Assembly (NCBI GenBank): GCA_003514005.1 | Contig: DOSJ01000004.1 | Span: 37,533-101,532 of the forward strand | DNA: 64,000 bases | From: Candidatus Falkowbacteria bacterium | GTDB lineage: Bacteria; Patescibacteriota; Patescibacteriia; Patescibacteriales; UBA12075 | Reading direction: 5' to 3' | In this document: piece by piece, positions 47,203-56,648 of the stretch | Layout of the letters: every line of letters begins with the position of its first letter | Numbering within the stretch: the first letter of the stretch is position 1 | Position numbers and translations under genes: made by a program | Notes under the pieces: model-generated | What the model saw: the letters and a program-made list of their open reading frames with translations, nothing else | Told to the model about the DNA's origin: nothing | Database searches by the model: none

Positions 47203-48966
47203 ATGTACTCACTTAATAAAATAAAACAAACTATTGCAGAAGAGGTAAATCGGATTGTTGGTGCTGATATTGTTTTGGCTGAAAATCTGGTCTATCCGCC
47301 GAATGCCGAGATGGGGGATTTGAGTTTGCCGTGTTTTGTTTTGGCAAAACAGCTAGGTAAAAATCCGGCGCAGGTGGCGGAATTTTTGGTAGGTCAAATA
47401 AAATCCAAGGGCGCAATCGCGGGCGTGAGCGCGCTTGGGCCGTATTTTAACATCAAGCTTGTTAAAAATGTATTGGCTAGTTCGGTTATTCATGAGATTA
47501 ATGAACAAAAAGAAAAATATGGAATTAACGAAAGTGGCGAAAGGCAAAAGCTATTGATTGAATTTTCCAATGTGAATACGCACAAGGAGTATCATGCCGG
47601 ACATTTGCGCAATCTTTGTTATGGCGACGCGGTTACGCGGATCATGTCCGCAAATGATTATCAGGCCATACCGGTTTCGTATGTGAACGATTTCGGAATT
47701 CATGTGGCAAAAACATTGTGGGCGCTCATCGCTTATTACCTAGACGACAAGCTTGGGGCGGATATTGACGAAGATTTGAAAAAAGTTCCTGATAATGGCA
47801 ATCGGGGCGCGTTTTTGGGCGGTGTTTATGTAAAAGCGAGCCAGGAATTAAAAGAAAATAAAATTGCCAAATCGTTGGTTGAAATAATAATGAAAAAGAT
47901 CGAAAGCCGGAGCGGACAAGAATACGCGCTTTGGCAGAAAACGCGTGAATGGTCAATCGCGCAATTCGCGAAAATTTACGAAGAGCTTGGTGTTAATTTT
48001 ATTAAGACCTATTATGAAAGCGAATTTATTGATCGCGGGCGGGAGTTGGTTTTTGAATTATTAGATAAAGGGATCTTGCGCAAGAGCGAGGGCGCGGTGA
48101 TTGCCGATCTAGAAGAATACGGGCTTGGCGTCCTCGTCGTGTTGCGTACCGACGGTACGGCTACTTATCCGGTAGCTGACATTCCTTTGGCAATGGCAAA
48201 GTTCAAGGAGTACGAACCGGATGCTTCAATCTATATCGTGGATATCCGGCAGGCGCTATATTTCAAGCAGTTATTTCAGATTATGAAATTAATGGACTAT
48301 AAAAAGCCGATGATCCATTTGGGTTATGATGTTGTAAAATTACCGACCGGTATGATGTCGTCGCGTTCGGGCAATGTTATTACTTATGAAGATTTGAAAG
48401 AAAAATTAATTTCAAAGGCTAGCGCGGAAACGGTCGCGCGCCATCCGGAATGGGCAAAAGAAAAAATTGATTCTGTCGTAAACGCATTGGTTAAGGGCAC
48501 AATAAAATTTGAAATGTTAAAAATAGGACAGGATCAACCGATAACTTTTGACATGGAAAAGGCTTTGAGTTTTAGCGGTTTTACAGCGGCGTATTTGCAG
48601 TATACTTTTGCGCGGATGCAGAGTATTATTCGGAAAGACTATGAGTTAAGTAAGAAGTTAGAAGTAAGAAGTGAGAAGGATTTTAATTTGAGTAATCTTA
48701 CTGAAGAAAAAGAGCACAAATTGGTATTAAAGCTGGCAAAGTATCCGGAGGCGGTGAAGCAGGGTGGGAAGAATTTTGATCCTTCGGAAATTGCGCGGTA
48801 TCTTTTTGAATTGGCGCAGGAATTGAACGATTATTATCATAGTGTTCCGATCTTAAAAGTCGAAGCAGATGTTTGTCTTGCTAGGTTGCAACTGATTGTT
48901 TCCGCGTGCCAGATTATTTCAAATGGTCTTGGTTTACTGGGTATAGAAACGATCGATGAGATGTAA
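47203..48966 (+). CDS. argS: Arginine--tRNA ligase
   Basis: EFSNVNTHKEYHAGHLRN (HIGH-like), YVNDFG, MSSRSG and YLQYTFAR motifs; ATG at 47203. Confidence 0.95.
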   Translation: MYSLNKIKQTIAEEVNRIVGADIVLAENLVYPPNAEMGDLSLPCFVLAKQLGKNPAQVAEFLVGQIKSKGAIAGVSALGPYFNIKLVKNVLASSVIHEINEQKEKYGINESGERQKLLIEFSNVNTHKEYHAGHLRNLCYGDAVTRIMSANDYQAIPVSYVNDFGIHVAKTLWALIAYYLDDKLGADIDEDLKKVPDNGNRGAFLGGVYVKASQELKENKIAKSLVEIIMKKIESRSGQEYALWQKTREWSIAQFAKIYEELGVNFIKTYYESEFIDRGRELVFELLDKGILRKSEGAVIADLEEYGLGVLVVLRTDGTATYPVADIPLAMAKFKEYEPDASIYIVDIRQALYFKQLFQIMKLMDYKKPMIHLGYDVVKLPTGMMSSRSGNVITYEDLKEKLISKASAETVARHPEWAKEKIDSVVNALVKGTIKFEMLKIGQDQPITFDMEKALSFSGFTAAYLQYTFARMQSIIRKDYELSKKLEVRSEKDFNLSNLTEEKEHKLVLKLAKYPEAVKQGGKNFDPSEIARYLFELAQELNDYYHSVPILKVEADVCLARLQLIVSACQIISNGLGLLGIETIDEM

Positions 48967-49050
48967 TAAATTTTAGTATTAAGTATATAGTATATAGTAT
49001 TAAGTAAATTATTATTAAATAATTTATTTAATTTATATACTAAAAATTTT

Positions 49051-49755
49051 ATGAAAAAAATAGTAATTATTACGCTTAGTTTAGTTTTTTGTCTGAGCAT
49101 GACTGCCTGCGGTAAAAAAGCTGTGCAAAATAGTGCGCCAGCACCAACTGGAGGTTTGGAAGTCAAGGAGAATAATACCTTGCTGGGCTGGTTGAAAAAA
49201 GGCAAGGCGATCGAATGTGAAGTGCTTAGTCCAAGCGGCAGAGTGGCGATTAAATCCAAAAACGAAGCAGTGCGCATGGAGGGGATTCCATTCTTTTCAC
49301 CGGATTCCACCGGCGCACAGCCAAATGCCGCAAATGGCGTATTGCTAAACGCTAACGGTTGGACATATATGTGGGATCAAGAAACAAAAAAAGGTACCAA
49401 AATCAATGACGCGGAATTGGCAGAGCTTAGTGGCGAAGAAGAGGCCGCGGATGTGAGCAAAGATTGGAATGAGATGGTAAAAGAATGGGATGAGGCGCAG
49501 ATCGGCTATGATTGCAAAGAAGCGGCCTTGGGCGATGAGCTATTTTCAGAACCGACTGATATTGAATTTACGGATTTGACCGAAATATTGACCGGAGCAA
49601 AAAATATGGCAGACGAAGCTCTAAAAAATCTACCTATACCCGAAGCTCCGGAAGATATCAATATGGACGGCGTAACCATTCCAGAAGGCGCGACTCAGGA
49701 AGATATTGAAAAATTACTGGAAGAGCAGAATAGCGCAAGCGACATGGCGTTATAA
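49051..49755 (+). CDS. Hypothetical lipoprotein
   Basis: Lipobox-like MTAC after a hydrophobic signal; acidic mature part; terminator at ~49776-49804. Confidence 0.7.
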   Translation: MKKIVIITLSLVFCLSMTACGKKAVQNSAPAPTGGLEVKENNTLLGWLKKGKAIECEVLSPSGRVAIKSKNEAVRMEGIPFFSPDSTGAQPNAANGVLLNANGWTYMWDQETKKGTKINDAELAELSGEEEAADVSKDWNEMVKEWDEAQIGYDCKEAALGDELFSEPTDIEFTDLTEILTGAKNMADEALKNLPIPEAPEDINMDGVTIPEGATQEDIEKLLEEQNSASDMAL

Positions 49756-49908
49756 TTATTAATAATCATATCCTTCCGCCCCGGTATATCCGGGGCGGTT
49801 TTTTGTTTTTTAATCTGCCTTGACTTTTAACGTAATTCTTGGTAATTTGTTTGGTAGCTGTTTAACAATTTAGGTAAGTAGTAATAACTTATAACAAGGA
49901 GAAAAGCA

Positions 49909-51141
49909 ATGGCAAAAAATTTTTTGGTAGTGTCACCGAGTTTTGTGGAAGAAATGAAAGAAACAAAAGCAAAAATAGACAGAATGGCGGTATTTGCAGA
50001 AATATTTTTAATTCTTGATGATAAGTATGAAATTAATTTGCCACAAGCGGAGATTTTAATAATTTTAGAAAAAAAAGGATTTAACTATTCAATTTCAGTT
50101 ATACGGAATTTTCTAAAAATAATTAGAGAAACAAGAGAATTTTTATTTGATAAGTCAGAAAATAAAATTGCAGATTTTGTGAATTATTTCAATGAAACAG
50201 CTACGAGAAGTGGTTATACAAGATTTGTGAATATTGGAATATCTTGTTTTATTGCGGATAAAATAACTAGCTGGGAGCAAGTTGAAAAACTTATGTCAGG
50301 AAAAAATGACGAAGTTGTCGATATTCCTTCGTTTGAAATCAAGCCAGACGTTGAAAAAAATTTGGCAGAAGAATGTGTTGATAGAGTTTCTGACTTGTTT
50401 AAATCTTTGATAGATGAGTATGATTTATTAAAAAATGAAAATGATTCAATGCATAAGTCAATAAGCTTTTATGAAAATGGATTTAAGAAGCTACAATCGG
50501 AGCACTGCGAATGTCTTGATGAATTAAAAGATTTGAAAAGTGTTGAAGAAATTAATATCGGCTTAATCGAAGAGATGGAAAAATTTAAATTAGAGATAGC
50601 TGGTTTAAAAAAGGAAAAAAGCCAAGACAATAAAACCATTGAATTCTTGAAGGAAACAAAACAGCAATTAGATTCGGAAATTACCAGATTAAAACAAGAG
50701 ATTGAAGAATTAAAAAAAACCGATATACAAAAAGTTTATTCAATGATTACAAATTTGACGGAAAAAGGATTGGAGCGAGGAGGCCAGGCAAAAATTATAG
50801 GGAACGGAAAAGAAAAGTTTCAAAATAGTGATCTTTTGCCAAAAAAATATATACCTGAAGGAAATGATATCGTATATTCAAAATTATTTATTGCTCAATT
50901 CAATGATTTAGACCGGACGGTGGCAAAAAATATTTCAAAAACCATTCGATTAATTTCGGAGAACGGTCTTAATGTTATATCGGCTAGCAACAAGAAAGTA
51001 ATTCAAAAATGTGTTACAGGAGTACCTGATAAATCAATCCAGGTAACAATAAAAAAATACCGGACTATGTGCAGGGTATTTGCTCATGTATTGTATTTTT
51101 ATGATGTGTTCCATCGAAAAAATTCACCATACGCAAGTTAA
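49909..51141 (+). CDS. Coiled-coil protein with possible C-terminal RelE/ParE-like domain
   Basis: AGGAG RBS; central heptad-rich region; C-terminal IVYSKLF..QFNDL...YR...DVFHRK pattern. Confidence 0.55.
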   Translation: MAKNFLVVSPSFVEEMKETKAKIDRMAVFAEIFLILDDKYEINLPQAEILIILEKKGFNYSISVIRNFLKIIRETREFLFDKSENKIADFVNYFNETATRSGYTRFVNIGISCFIADKITSWEQVEKLMSGKNDEVVDIPSFEIKPDVEKNLAEECVDRVSDLFKSLIDEYDLLKNENDSMHKSISFYENGFKKLQSEHCECLDELKDLKSVEEINIGLIEEMEKFKLEIAGLKKEKSQDNKTIEFLKETKQQLDSEITRLKQEIEELKKTDIQKVYSMITNLTEKGLERGGQAKIIGNGKEKFQNSDLLPKKYIPEGNDIVYSKLFIAQFNDLDRTVAKNISKTIRLISENGLNVISASNKKVIQKCVTGVPDKSIQVTIKKYRTMCRVFAHVLYFYDVFHRKNSPYAS

Positions 51142-51150
51142 ATAATTTCT

Positions 51151-51184
51151 GGGTTCTGCTAAAAAAAAGCAGAGCCCTTTTTTA
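51151..51184 (+). terminator. Intrinsic terminator
   Basis: GGGTTCTGC-loop-GCAGAGCCC followed by a T-run. Confidence 0.75.
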
Positions 51185-51219
51185 TTGACAAGAAAAATAA
51201 ATAATATATAATGAGAATA

Positions 51220-51370
51220 TAAGCAATTTTGGGAGATTGGCACCCGAAAAAAATTGCTTATCAATCAAGGCGCCCCGGTTGCGATCGGGGAAACTAGATG
51301 GAACCGCGGGAATTACCTCGTTCTAGTACTTAAAAATAATTTTTTAAGTATTGGAACGAGGTCTTTTTTT
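51220..51370 (+). ncRNA. Glycine T-box riboswitch (compact) upstream of glyQS
   Basis: Promoter TTGACA (51185)/TATAAT (51207); T-box AACTAGATGGAACCGCG; antiterminator ACTAGA/TCTAGT; terminator ACCTCGTTCTAGTACTTAAAA/TTTTAAGTATTGGAACGAGGT plus T-run; GGC codon at 51239-51241 in the stem I loop. Confidence 0.85.
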
Positions 51371-51563
51371 ATAAAGAATACAAATTACAAATTGCTACAA
51401 ATATCACAAATATTAATTAAAAAATTAGTTATAATTAAGACGTTTAAACTAGGTGATTATCTTTGTTAAAAAAAATGTAAACGAAAAGTATTTGTGTAAT
51501 TTATAGCAATTTGTAATTTGTAATCTTAAAATAATTTGTAATCTTATAATAATTCAAAAAAAT

Positions 51564-52964
51564 ATGCAAAATCAAACAACAATTGAAAAAATCACATCAC
51601 TTGCAAAACGGCGGGGTTTTGTGTTTCCGTCTTCGGAAATATATGGGGGCTTTGCGGCCGTGTACGATTACGGTCATTATGGCATTTTGTTAAAAAATAA
51701 TTTGGCGGCGGCTTGGTGGAAGCATATGGTGCAGTTGCGTCCGGATGTTGTTGGTTTGGATTCGGCGATATTTATGCATCCGACAACCTGGAAAGCGAGC
51801 GGGCATGTGGACGGCTTTGATGATCCACAGATCGATTGCCGCGATTGTAAAGCGCGCATGCGCGCGGATCATATGCTCGAAGCTTTTGGAATCGACGCGG
51901 ACAAGATGAGTGCGGCAGAAATAAATGAACAGATTGAAAAATTAAAAACAGAGGGCAAGGAATTGAAATGTATTTCCTGCGGGAAAAAGAACTTAACTCC
52001 TGCAAAAAGATTTTCGCTTATGGTAAAGTCCAATCTTGGTTCACCGACCGATGCTTTAAGCGAAGAGAATGTGGTATATTTGCGTCCGGAAACATGTGGT
52101 GGAATTTATTTGAATTATAAAAATACATTGGATTCAACCAGGGTTAAATTGCCGTTTGGTATTGCCCAAGTCGGTAAAGCTTTTCGCAATGAAATAGTCG
52201 CGCGCCAATTTATATTCCGCACGCGCGAATTTGAGCAGATGGAAATGCAATATTTTTTGCATCCATCCGACATGAACCGGAAATACGAGGAATGGAAAGA
52301 AGCGCGTTGGCAGTGGTATTTGGAATATGGCATTAAGGCGGAAAATCTGCGCTGGTACAAGCATATTAAGCTCGCGCATTACGCGGCCGCGGCTTTTGAT
52401 ATCGAATATAACTATACAGCACTTGGCGGATTCAAGGAGATGGAAGGTATTCATCAACGCGGTGATTGGGATTTGTCACAGCATAGTAAATTTTCAGGAC
52501 AGAAATTGGATTATACGGATCCAAAAAGCGGCGAGAAATTTATTCCGCACATCATGGAGACATCAGTTGGTCTCAATCGTATGTTTTTTGCATTTTTGCA
52601 CGAGGCTTATACCGAGGAAGGCGAGGGCGAAGATATGCGCGTTGTATTAAAATTCGACAAACGTTTGGCGCCGGTTAAAATAGCGGTTTTCCCTTTGCTA
52701 AAAAATAAGCCGGAGCTGGTTGCGAAGGCCGAAGAAGTCTTTAAAAATCTGGCAAAAAATTATATGTGCGAGTTTGATGATAACGGCAATATCGGCAAAC
52801 GCTATCGTCGTCAAGACGAGATCGGTACGCCGTATTGCGTTACAATCGATTTTGATACTTTGGAAAAAGATAATTGCGTAACCGTCCGTGATCGGGATAC
52901 TATGCAGCAAGAGCGGGTTAGTTTGGAAAATTTAAGTGTTTATTTTGCAGAAAAATTTGTATAA
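51564..52964 (+). CDS. glyQS: Glycine--tRNA ligase, alpha2 dimer type
   Basis: KRRGFVFPSSEIYGG, YLRPET, GKAFRNEI...FIFRTREFEQME and IGKRYRRQDEIGTPYC motifs. Confidence 0.96.
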   Translation: MQNQTTIEKITSLAKRRGFVFPSSEIYGGFAAVYDYGHYGILLKNNLAAAWWKHMVQLRPDVVGLDSAIFMHPTTWKASGHVDGFDDPQIDCRDCKARMRADHMLEAFGIDADKMSAAEINEQIEKLKTEGKELKCISCGKKNLTPAKRFSLMVKSNLGSPTDALSEENVVYLRPETCGGIYLNYKNTLDSTRVKLPFGIAQVGKAFRNEIVARQFIFRTREFEQMEMQYFLHPSDMNRKYEEWKEARWQWYLEYGIKAENLRWYKHIKLAHYAAAAFDIEYNYTALGGFKEMEGIHQRGDWDLSQHSKFSGQKLDYTDPKSGEKFIPHIMETSVGLNRMFFAFLHEAYTEEGEGEDMRVVLKFDKRLAPVKIAVFPLLKNKPELVAKAEEVFKNLAKNYMCEFDDNGNIGKRYRRQDEIGTPYCVTIDFDTLEKDNCVTVRDRDTMQQERVSLENLSVYFAEKFV

Positions 52965-52994
52965 AATTTTTGAAACTATTTTTAAATCACGAAC

Positions 52995-53115
52995 GCAAAT
53001 CTTAAATATTTCTTATTTTTCCTCCTGCGGAACTCGCCCACACCGCCAGATAATCCAGTCATTGTTTAGGCTCGAACAGTCCTCGGAGTAAAAATAAGAA
53101 ATATTTAAGATTTGC
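52995..53115. repeat. Long hairpin element, copy 2
   Basis: Arms GCAAATCTTAAATATTTCTTATTTTT / AAAAATAAGAAATATTTAAGATTTGC; core shared with 47052-47179. Confidence 0.75.
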
Positions 53116-53199
53116 TAGAAAAAAAATGACGTTTAATCTTTTAATAAGTGAACGTTATTTTTTTGCAAATCGCATAAAAAAATGCTAATATAATAGCAT

Positions 53200-54546
53200 A
53201 TGGAATTTATAAAAAATAAAAAAGAATTAGGGATTACACGGATGCGAGAGCGGGCGTTGAGTTTTTTGGAGGCCGGTCTTTTTGCGATTGATCCGTTTTC
53301 TTTAATGAAAAAATCTTTGTTGTACAGTGAAAAATTCAATTGTTTAACTGTGCAGAATACGGAATTTAATATTATTAGCGGACGGATTTTTGTTGTGGGC
53401 GGCGGTAAAGCGGCCGGACGGATGGCTGAGGCTTTGGAGGATGTTATCGGTGAAAAAAATATTACCGCGGGTTTTGTTAATGCATTGGAAAAAAACAGCA
53501 AATTGAAAATAATAAAAGTTACCAAGGCTGGACATCCATTGCCGGATAAAAATGGCGTTTTAGGGGTTGAGAAAATGCTTGCATTAAAAGAGGAATATGA
53601 TATTAATAAAAAAGATCTGGTTGTTGTCCTGCTCTCCGGCGGCGGATCAGCGCTTTTGCCTGCGCCTGTTTCCGGCATCAGTTTGGATGATAAGCAGAAA
53701 ACTACAGATATCCTGATTAAATCAGGCGCGAATATCCGCGAGATTAATACTGTACGCAAACATTTGTCGCGGATAAAAGGCGGACGTTTGGCCGAATATT
53801 TCGCGCCGGCCAAAGTCGTTTCATTGATTATTTCCGATGTATTGGATAATGATCCGCAAACAATCGCATCGGGTCCGGGGGCGATTGACAAGACGGTTTA
53901 TCACGATGCTTACGCGGTTTTGGAAAAATACCAGTTAATCCAAAAAGTGCCGACGGCAGTTGAAAATTATTTAAGAAAGTGCGCGCAAGAAAATGTTCGG
54001 GATACGCCCAAAAAACTTCCCAATGCCAGCAGTTTTATTATCGGTTCCAATCTGGAGCTTTTGGATGCGATGACACTGCTTGCTAAAAAGCAGAAAATGA
54101 AACCGCTCGTCATTACTTCGCGCATGTGCCGTGATGTTCTGACCGAGGCCAAGGAATTGGCAACCGATATTATAGCAGGCAAGTACAAAGATTATGATGT
54201 CTTGTTATTTGCCGGTGAAACTTTGATAAACGTTCTTGGGAAAAGCGGTAAAGGTGGACGCAATCAGCATTTTTCCGCTCTATTCATGCCGTATCTAAAA
54301 AACTTTGACAAAGAATGGGTGCTAGCCAGCATCAGCACGGACGGACGGGATTACATCGCCGGCGTTGGTGGCGCTATTATTGATAACAATTCTCTTCATC
54401 AGGCGCAAAGCGCGAATTTGGCATATGAAAAATATTTGAATGATTTTGATGCCTATAATCTTTTAAAAAAATTGAAAAATTCATTAATCAATACCGAAAA
54501 TACCGGAACGAATGTCGGGGATGCAGGCGTATTTATTTTAAAATAA
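53200..54546 (+). CDS. Glycerate 2-kinase, MOFRL family (DUF4147 + MOFRL)
   Basis: GGGKAA, AGHPLPD, LLSGGGSAL, INTVRKHLSRIKGGRL, IASGP, GGRNQ and TGTNVGD motifs. Confidence 0.9.
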   Translation: MEFIKNKKELGITRMRERALSFLEAGLFAIDPFSLMKKSLLYSEKFNCLTVQNTEFNIISGRIFVVGGGKAAGRMAEALEDVIGEKNITAGFVNALEKNSKLKIIKVTKAGHPLPDKNGVLGVEKMLALKEEYDINKKDLVVVLLSGGGSALLPAPVSGISLDDKQKTTDILIKSGANIREINTVRKHLSRIKGGRLAEYFAPAKVVSLIISDVLDNDPQTIASGPGAIDKTVYHDAYAVLEKYQLIQKVPTAVENYLRKCAQENVRDTPKKLPNASSFIIGSNLELLDAMTLLAKKQKMKPLVITSRMCRDVLTEAKELATDIIAGKYKDYDVLLFAGETLINVLGKSGKGGRNQHFSALFMPYLKNFDKEWVLASISTDGRDYIAGVGGAIIDNNSLHQAQSANLAYEKYLNDFDAYNLLKKLKNSLINTENTGTNVGDAGVFILK

Positions 54547-54568
54547 TTTTATAATTAATAAAAACTTT

Positions 54569-55720
54569 ATGAAAAATTTTAAACCCATTTTTTTCATTCT
54601 GCTCTTTCTCTTTTTCTTGTCCCCGATTGTCGCATTTGCCTTTACAGCTGAAAAAGGCACCTCAATCTATGTAGGAGAAACAAAAACAATCGAAGGAAAC
54701 TATTTTGTAGCAGCCGCAAATATTACCATCGATGGTCATATAACCGGTGACATTTTTTGCGCTGCGCAATCCGTTGTAATAAATGGTACTGTTGATGGTG
54801 ATGTGATTTGTGTCGGACAGTCTATTAGTGTCAACGGTAAAGTTGGGGGTAGTCTGCGAACAGCGGCAAGCGATATCAATATCCGCGGAACAATTGATCG
54901 CGGAGTTTCACTCGCGGCGGCAAATGTGAATATTGAAAAATCAGGCAAAATCGGCTGGGACGCTTTGATCGCGGCCGCAAACGCGCAAATACGCGGCGAG
55001 CTTGGACGTTCTTTGCATGGCGCCGGCGCTAATTATACCTTGGGTGGAAAAATTGTTGGAGATGTGGACATTTATCTGGATAATAATCAAAAAACAACGA
55101 GCAATGAACTAGTTGTCGGCGAGACCGCGGAGATTGGCGGCAAGCTGAATTATATGAGCAAGACTGATGCAAAAATTTCCGAGCAAGCACAGATTGCGGG
55201 CGAGGTCATTCATAAAGCTTTCCCGGTAAAGAGAGAAAGAAAAGCCGCGAAAGGCGGTTATGCTACCCTTATGTTTATTGCTATGCTTTCCGCCCTGATT
55301 GTCGGGACAGTATTGGTCAAGCTTTGGCGCGCTCCGATTTTAGAGATTACGGAAAACATGCTGAAAAAATTCTGGCCGACATTAGGCTGGGGCTTTGTCC
55401 TAACAATTATTACGCCAATCGCCGCTTTCTTGATCGCGATAACCATTATCGGTGCCAGGCTTGCTTTGATAATTTTTTCCGTCTGGATGCTTATGATGAT
55501 GTTTTCAAAAATTATGGCCGCGATCGCGTTTGGCGTATGGTTGGTAAGGAATTATTGGTCAGCTAAAAAAGATTCGTTAATTACCGCTATGGTTCTCGGC
55601 ATAATCATATCTTGGCTGATTTTCTATATCCCATTTTTCGGCTTTATTGTTTCGGCTATAGCGCTATGGTGGGGGATGGGCGGATTGCTTGTTTATCTTA
55701 AAAAAAGGTACGAGAAATAA
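54569..55720 (+). CDS. Membrane protein with bactofilin-like (polymer-forming) beta-helix repeats and C-terminal TM bundle
   Basis: Signal peptide; repeated I.I.G.V.GD units; four or more C-terminal TM helices. Confidence 0.7.
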   Translation: MKNFKPIFFILLFLFFLSPIVAFAFTAEKGTSIYVGETKTIEGNYFVAAANITIDGHITGDIFCAAQSVVINGTVDGDVICVGQSISVNGKVGGSLRTAASDINIRGTIDRGVSLAAANVNIEKSGKIGWDALIAAANAQIRGELGRSLHGAGANYTLGGKIVGDVDIYLDNNQKTTSNELVVGETAEIGGKLNYMSKTDAKISEQAQIAGEVIHKAFPVKRERKAAKGGYATLMFIAMLSALIVGTVLVKLWRAPILEITENMLKKFWPTLGWGFVLTIITPIAAFLIAITIIGARLALIIFSVWMLMMMFSKIMAAIAFGVWLVRNYWSAKKDSLITAMVLGIIISWLIFYIPFFGFIVSAIALWWGMGGLLVYLKKRYEK

Positions 55721-55904
55721 AATTATGTAGATTTTTATAAAAAAATACGGGCTCGCTTTCAAGCTTGCCCGTTTTTTTTGCTGTTTATGCATCCACCTTG
55801 TTTTCTTCCCTTATTTGTTTCTTCTTTTTGTAGTTAAGATGTAATTGCCCTTTTTTACTTTTTATCACATAAATATGTTTTTATAAAGCATTTATTTTTT
55901 TTTG

Positions 55905-56531
55905 TTAGGTTTTACGTCTTGATTTGATTGTTTCTGTAATAAATGGAATAATCGAGATTAAAATAATTGCGATAATAACATATTCAAAATGCGTTTGTAC
56001 AAAAGGAATGGAGCCTAAATAATAACCGGTAAAAACAAAAAGACTTGTCCAAGCGAATGCGCCAGCAATATTGTAAAAAATAAAGGCAGAGTAATGCATT
56101 TTTCCAATTCCAGCAACAAAAGGGGCAAAGGTGCGTATAATTGGAATGAATCTAGCTAGTATAATTGTCATGCCGCCGCGTTTTTCGTAAAATGCTTGGG
56201 CTTTTAGCAGATATGCCTTATTAAAAAGCCGTGAATTGTCTTTTGAAAAAACTTTTGGTCCAACATGGTAGCCGATCATATAGTTTACTGTATCGCCGAT
56301 AATTGCTGCTGCAACAATAACAGTATATATTGTCCAAATATTAAGACTGCCGCTTCCGGCAAATGCGCCAGCGGCAAATATTAAAGAATCGCCTGGCAAA
56401 AAAGGCGTAACCACTAAGCCGGTTTCGGCAAATATGATCAAAAAGATAAACACATAAGTTCCTGAACCGAATAATGTTATTATACTTGCCAAATATTTGT
56501 CGATGTGTAGGATAAATTTGATTATTTCCAT
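55905..56531 (-). CDS. dedA: DedA family membrane protein
   Basis: FAETGLVVTPFLPGDSL and LARFIPIIRTFAPFVAG motifs. Confidence 0.93.
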   Translation of the reverse strand: MEIIKFILHIDKYLASIITLFGSGTYVFIFLIIFAETGLVVTPFLPGDSLIFAAGAFAGSGSLNIWTIYTVIVAAAIIGDTVNYMIGYHVGPKVFSKDNSRLFNKAYLLKAQAFYEKRGGMTIILARFIPIIRTFAPFVAGIGKMHYSAFIFYNIAGAFAWTSLFVFTGYYLGSIPFVQTHFEYVIIAIILISIIPFITETIKSRRKT

Positions 56532-56648
56532 TTTATTTCAGTTAATTTTTTAATACTTTTTTAGTATAACATTAAAATTGAAAAATAAAAATGCCAGAAG
56601 TTCGCTGTTGATTTTCTCGTTAATAAAGACTAAAATGAAAACATCTTT

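Noticed and set aside
51254..51469. 71-aa ORF upstream of glyQS
   Set aside because: It overlaps the T-box leader and terminator and has no protein-like features
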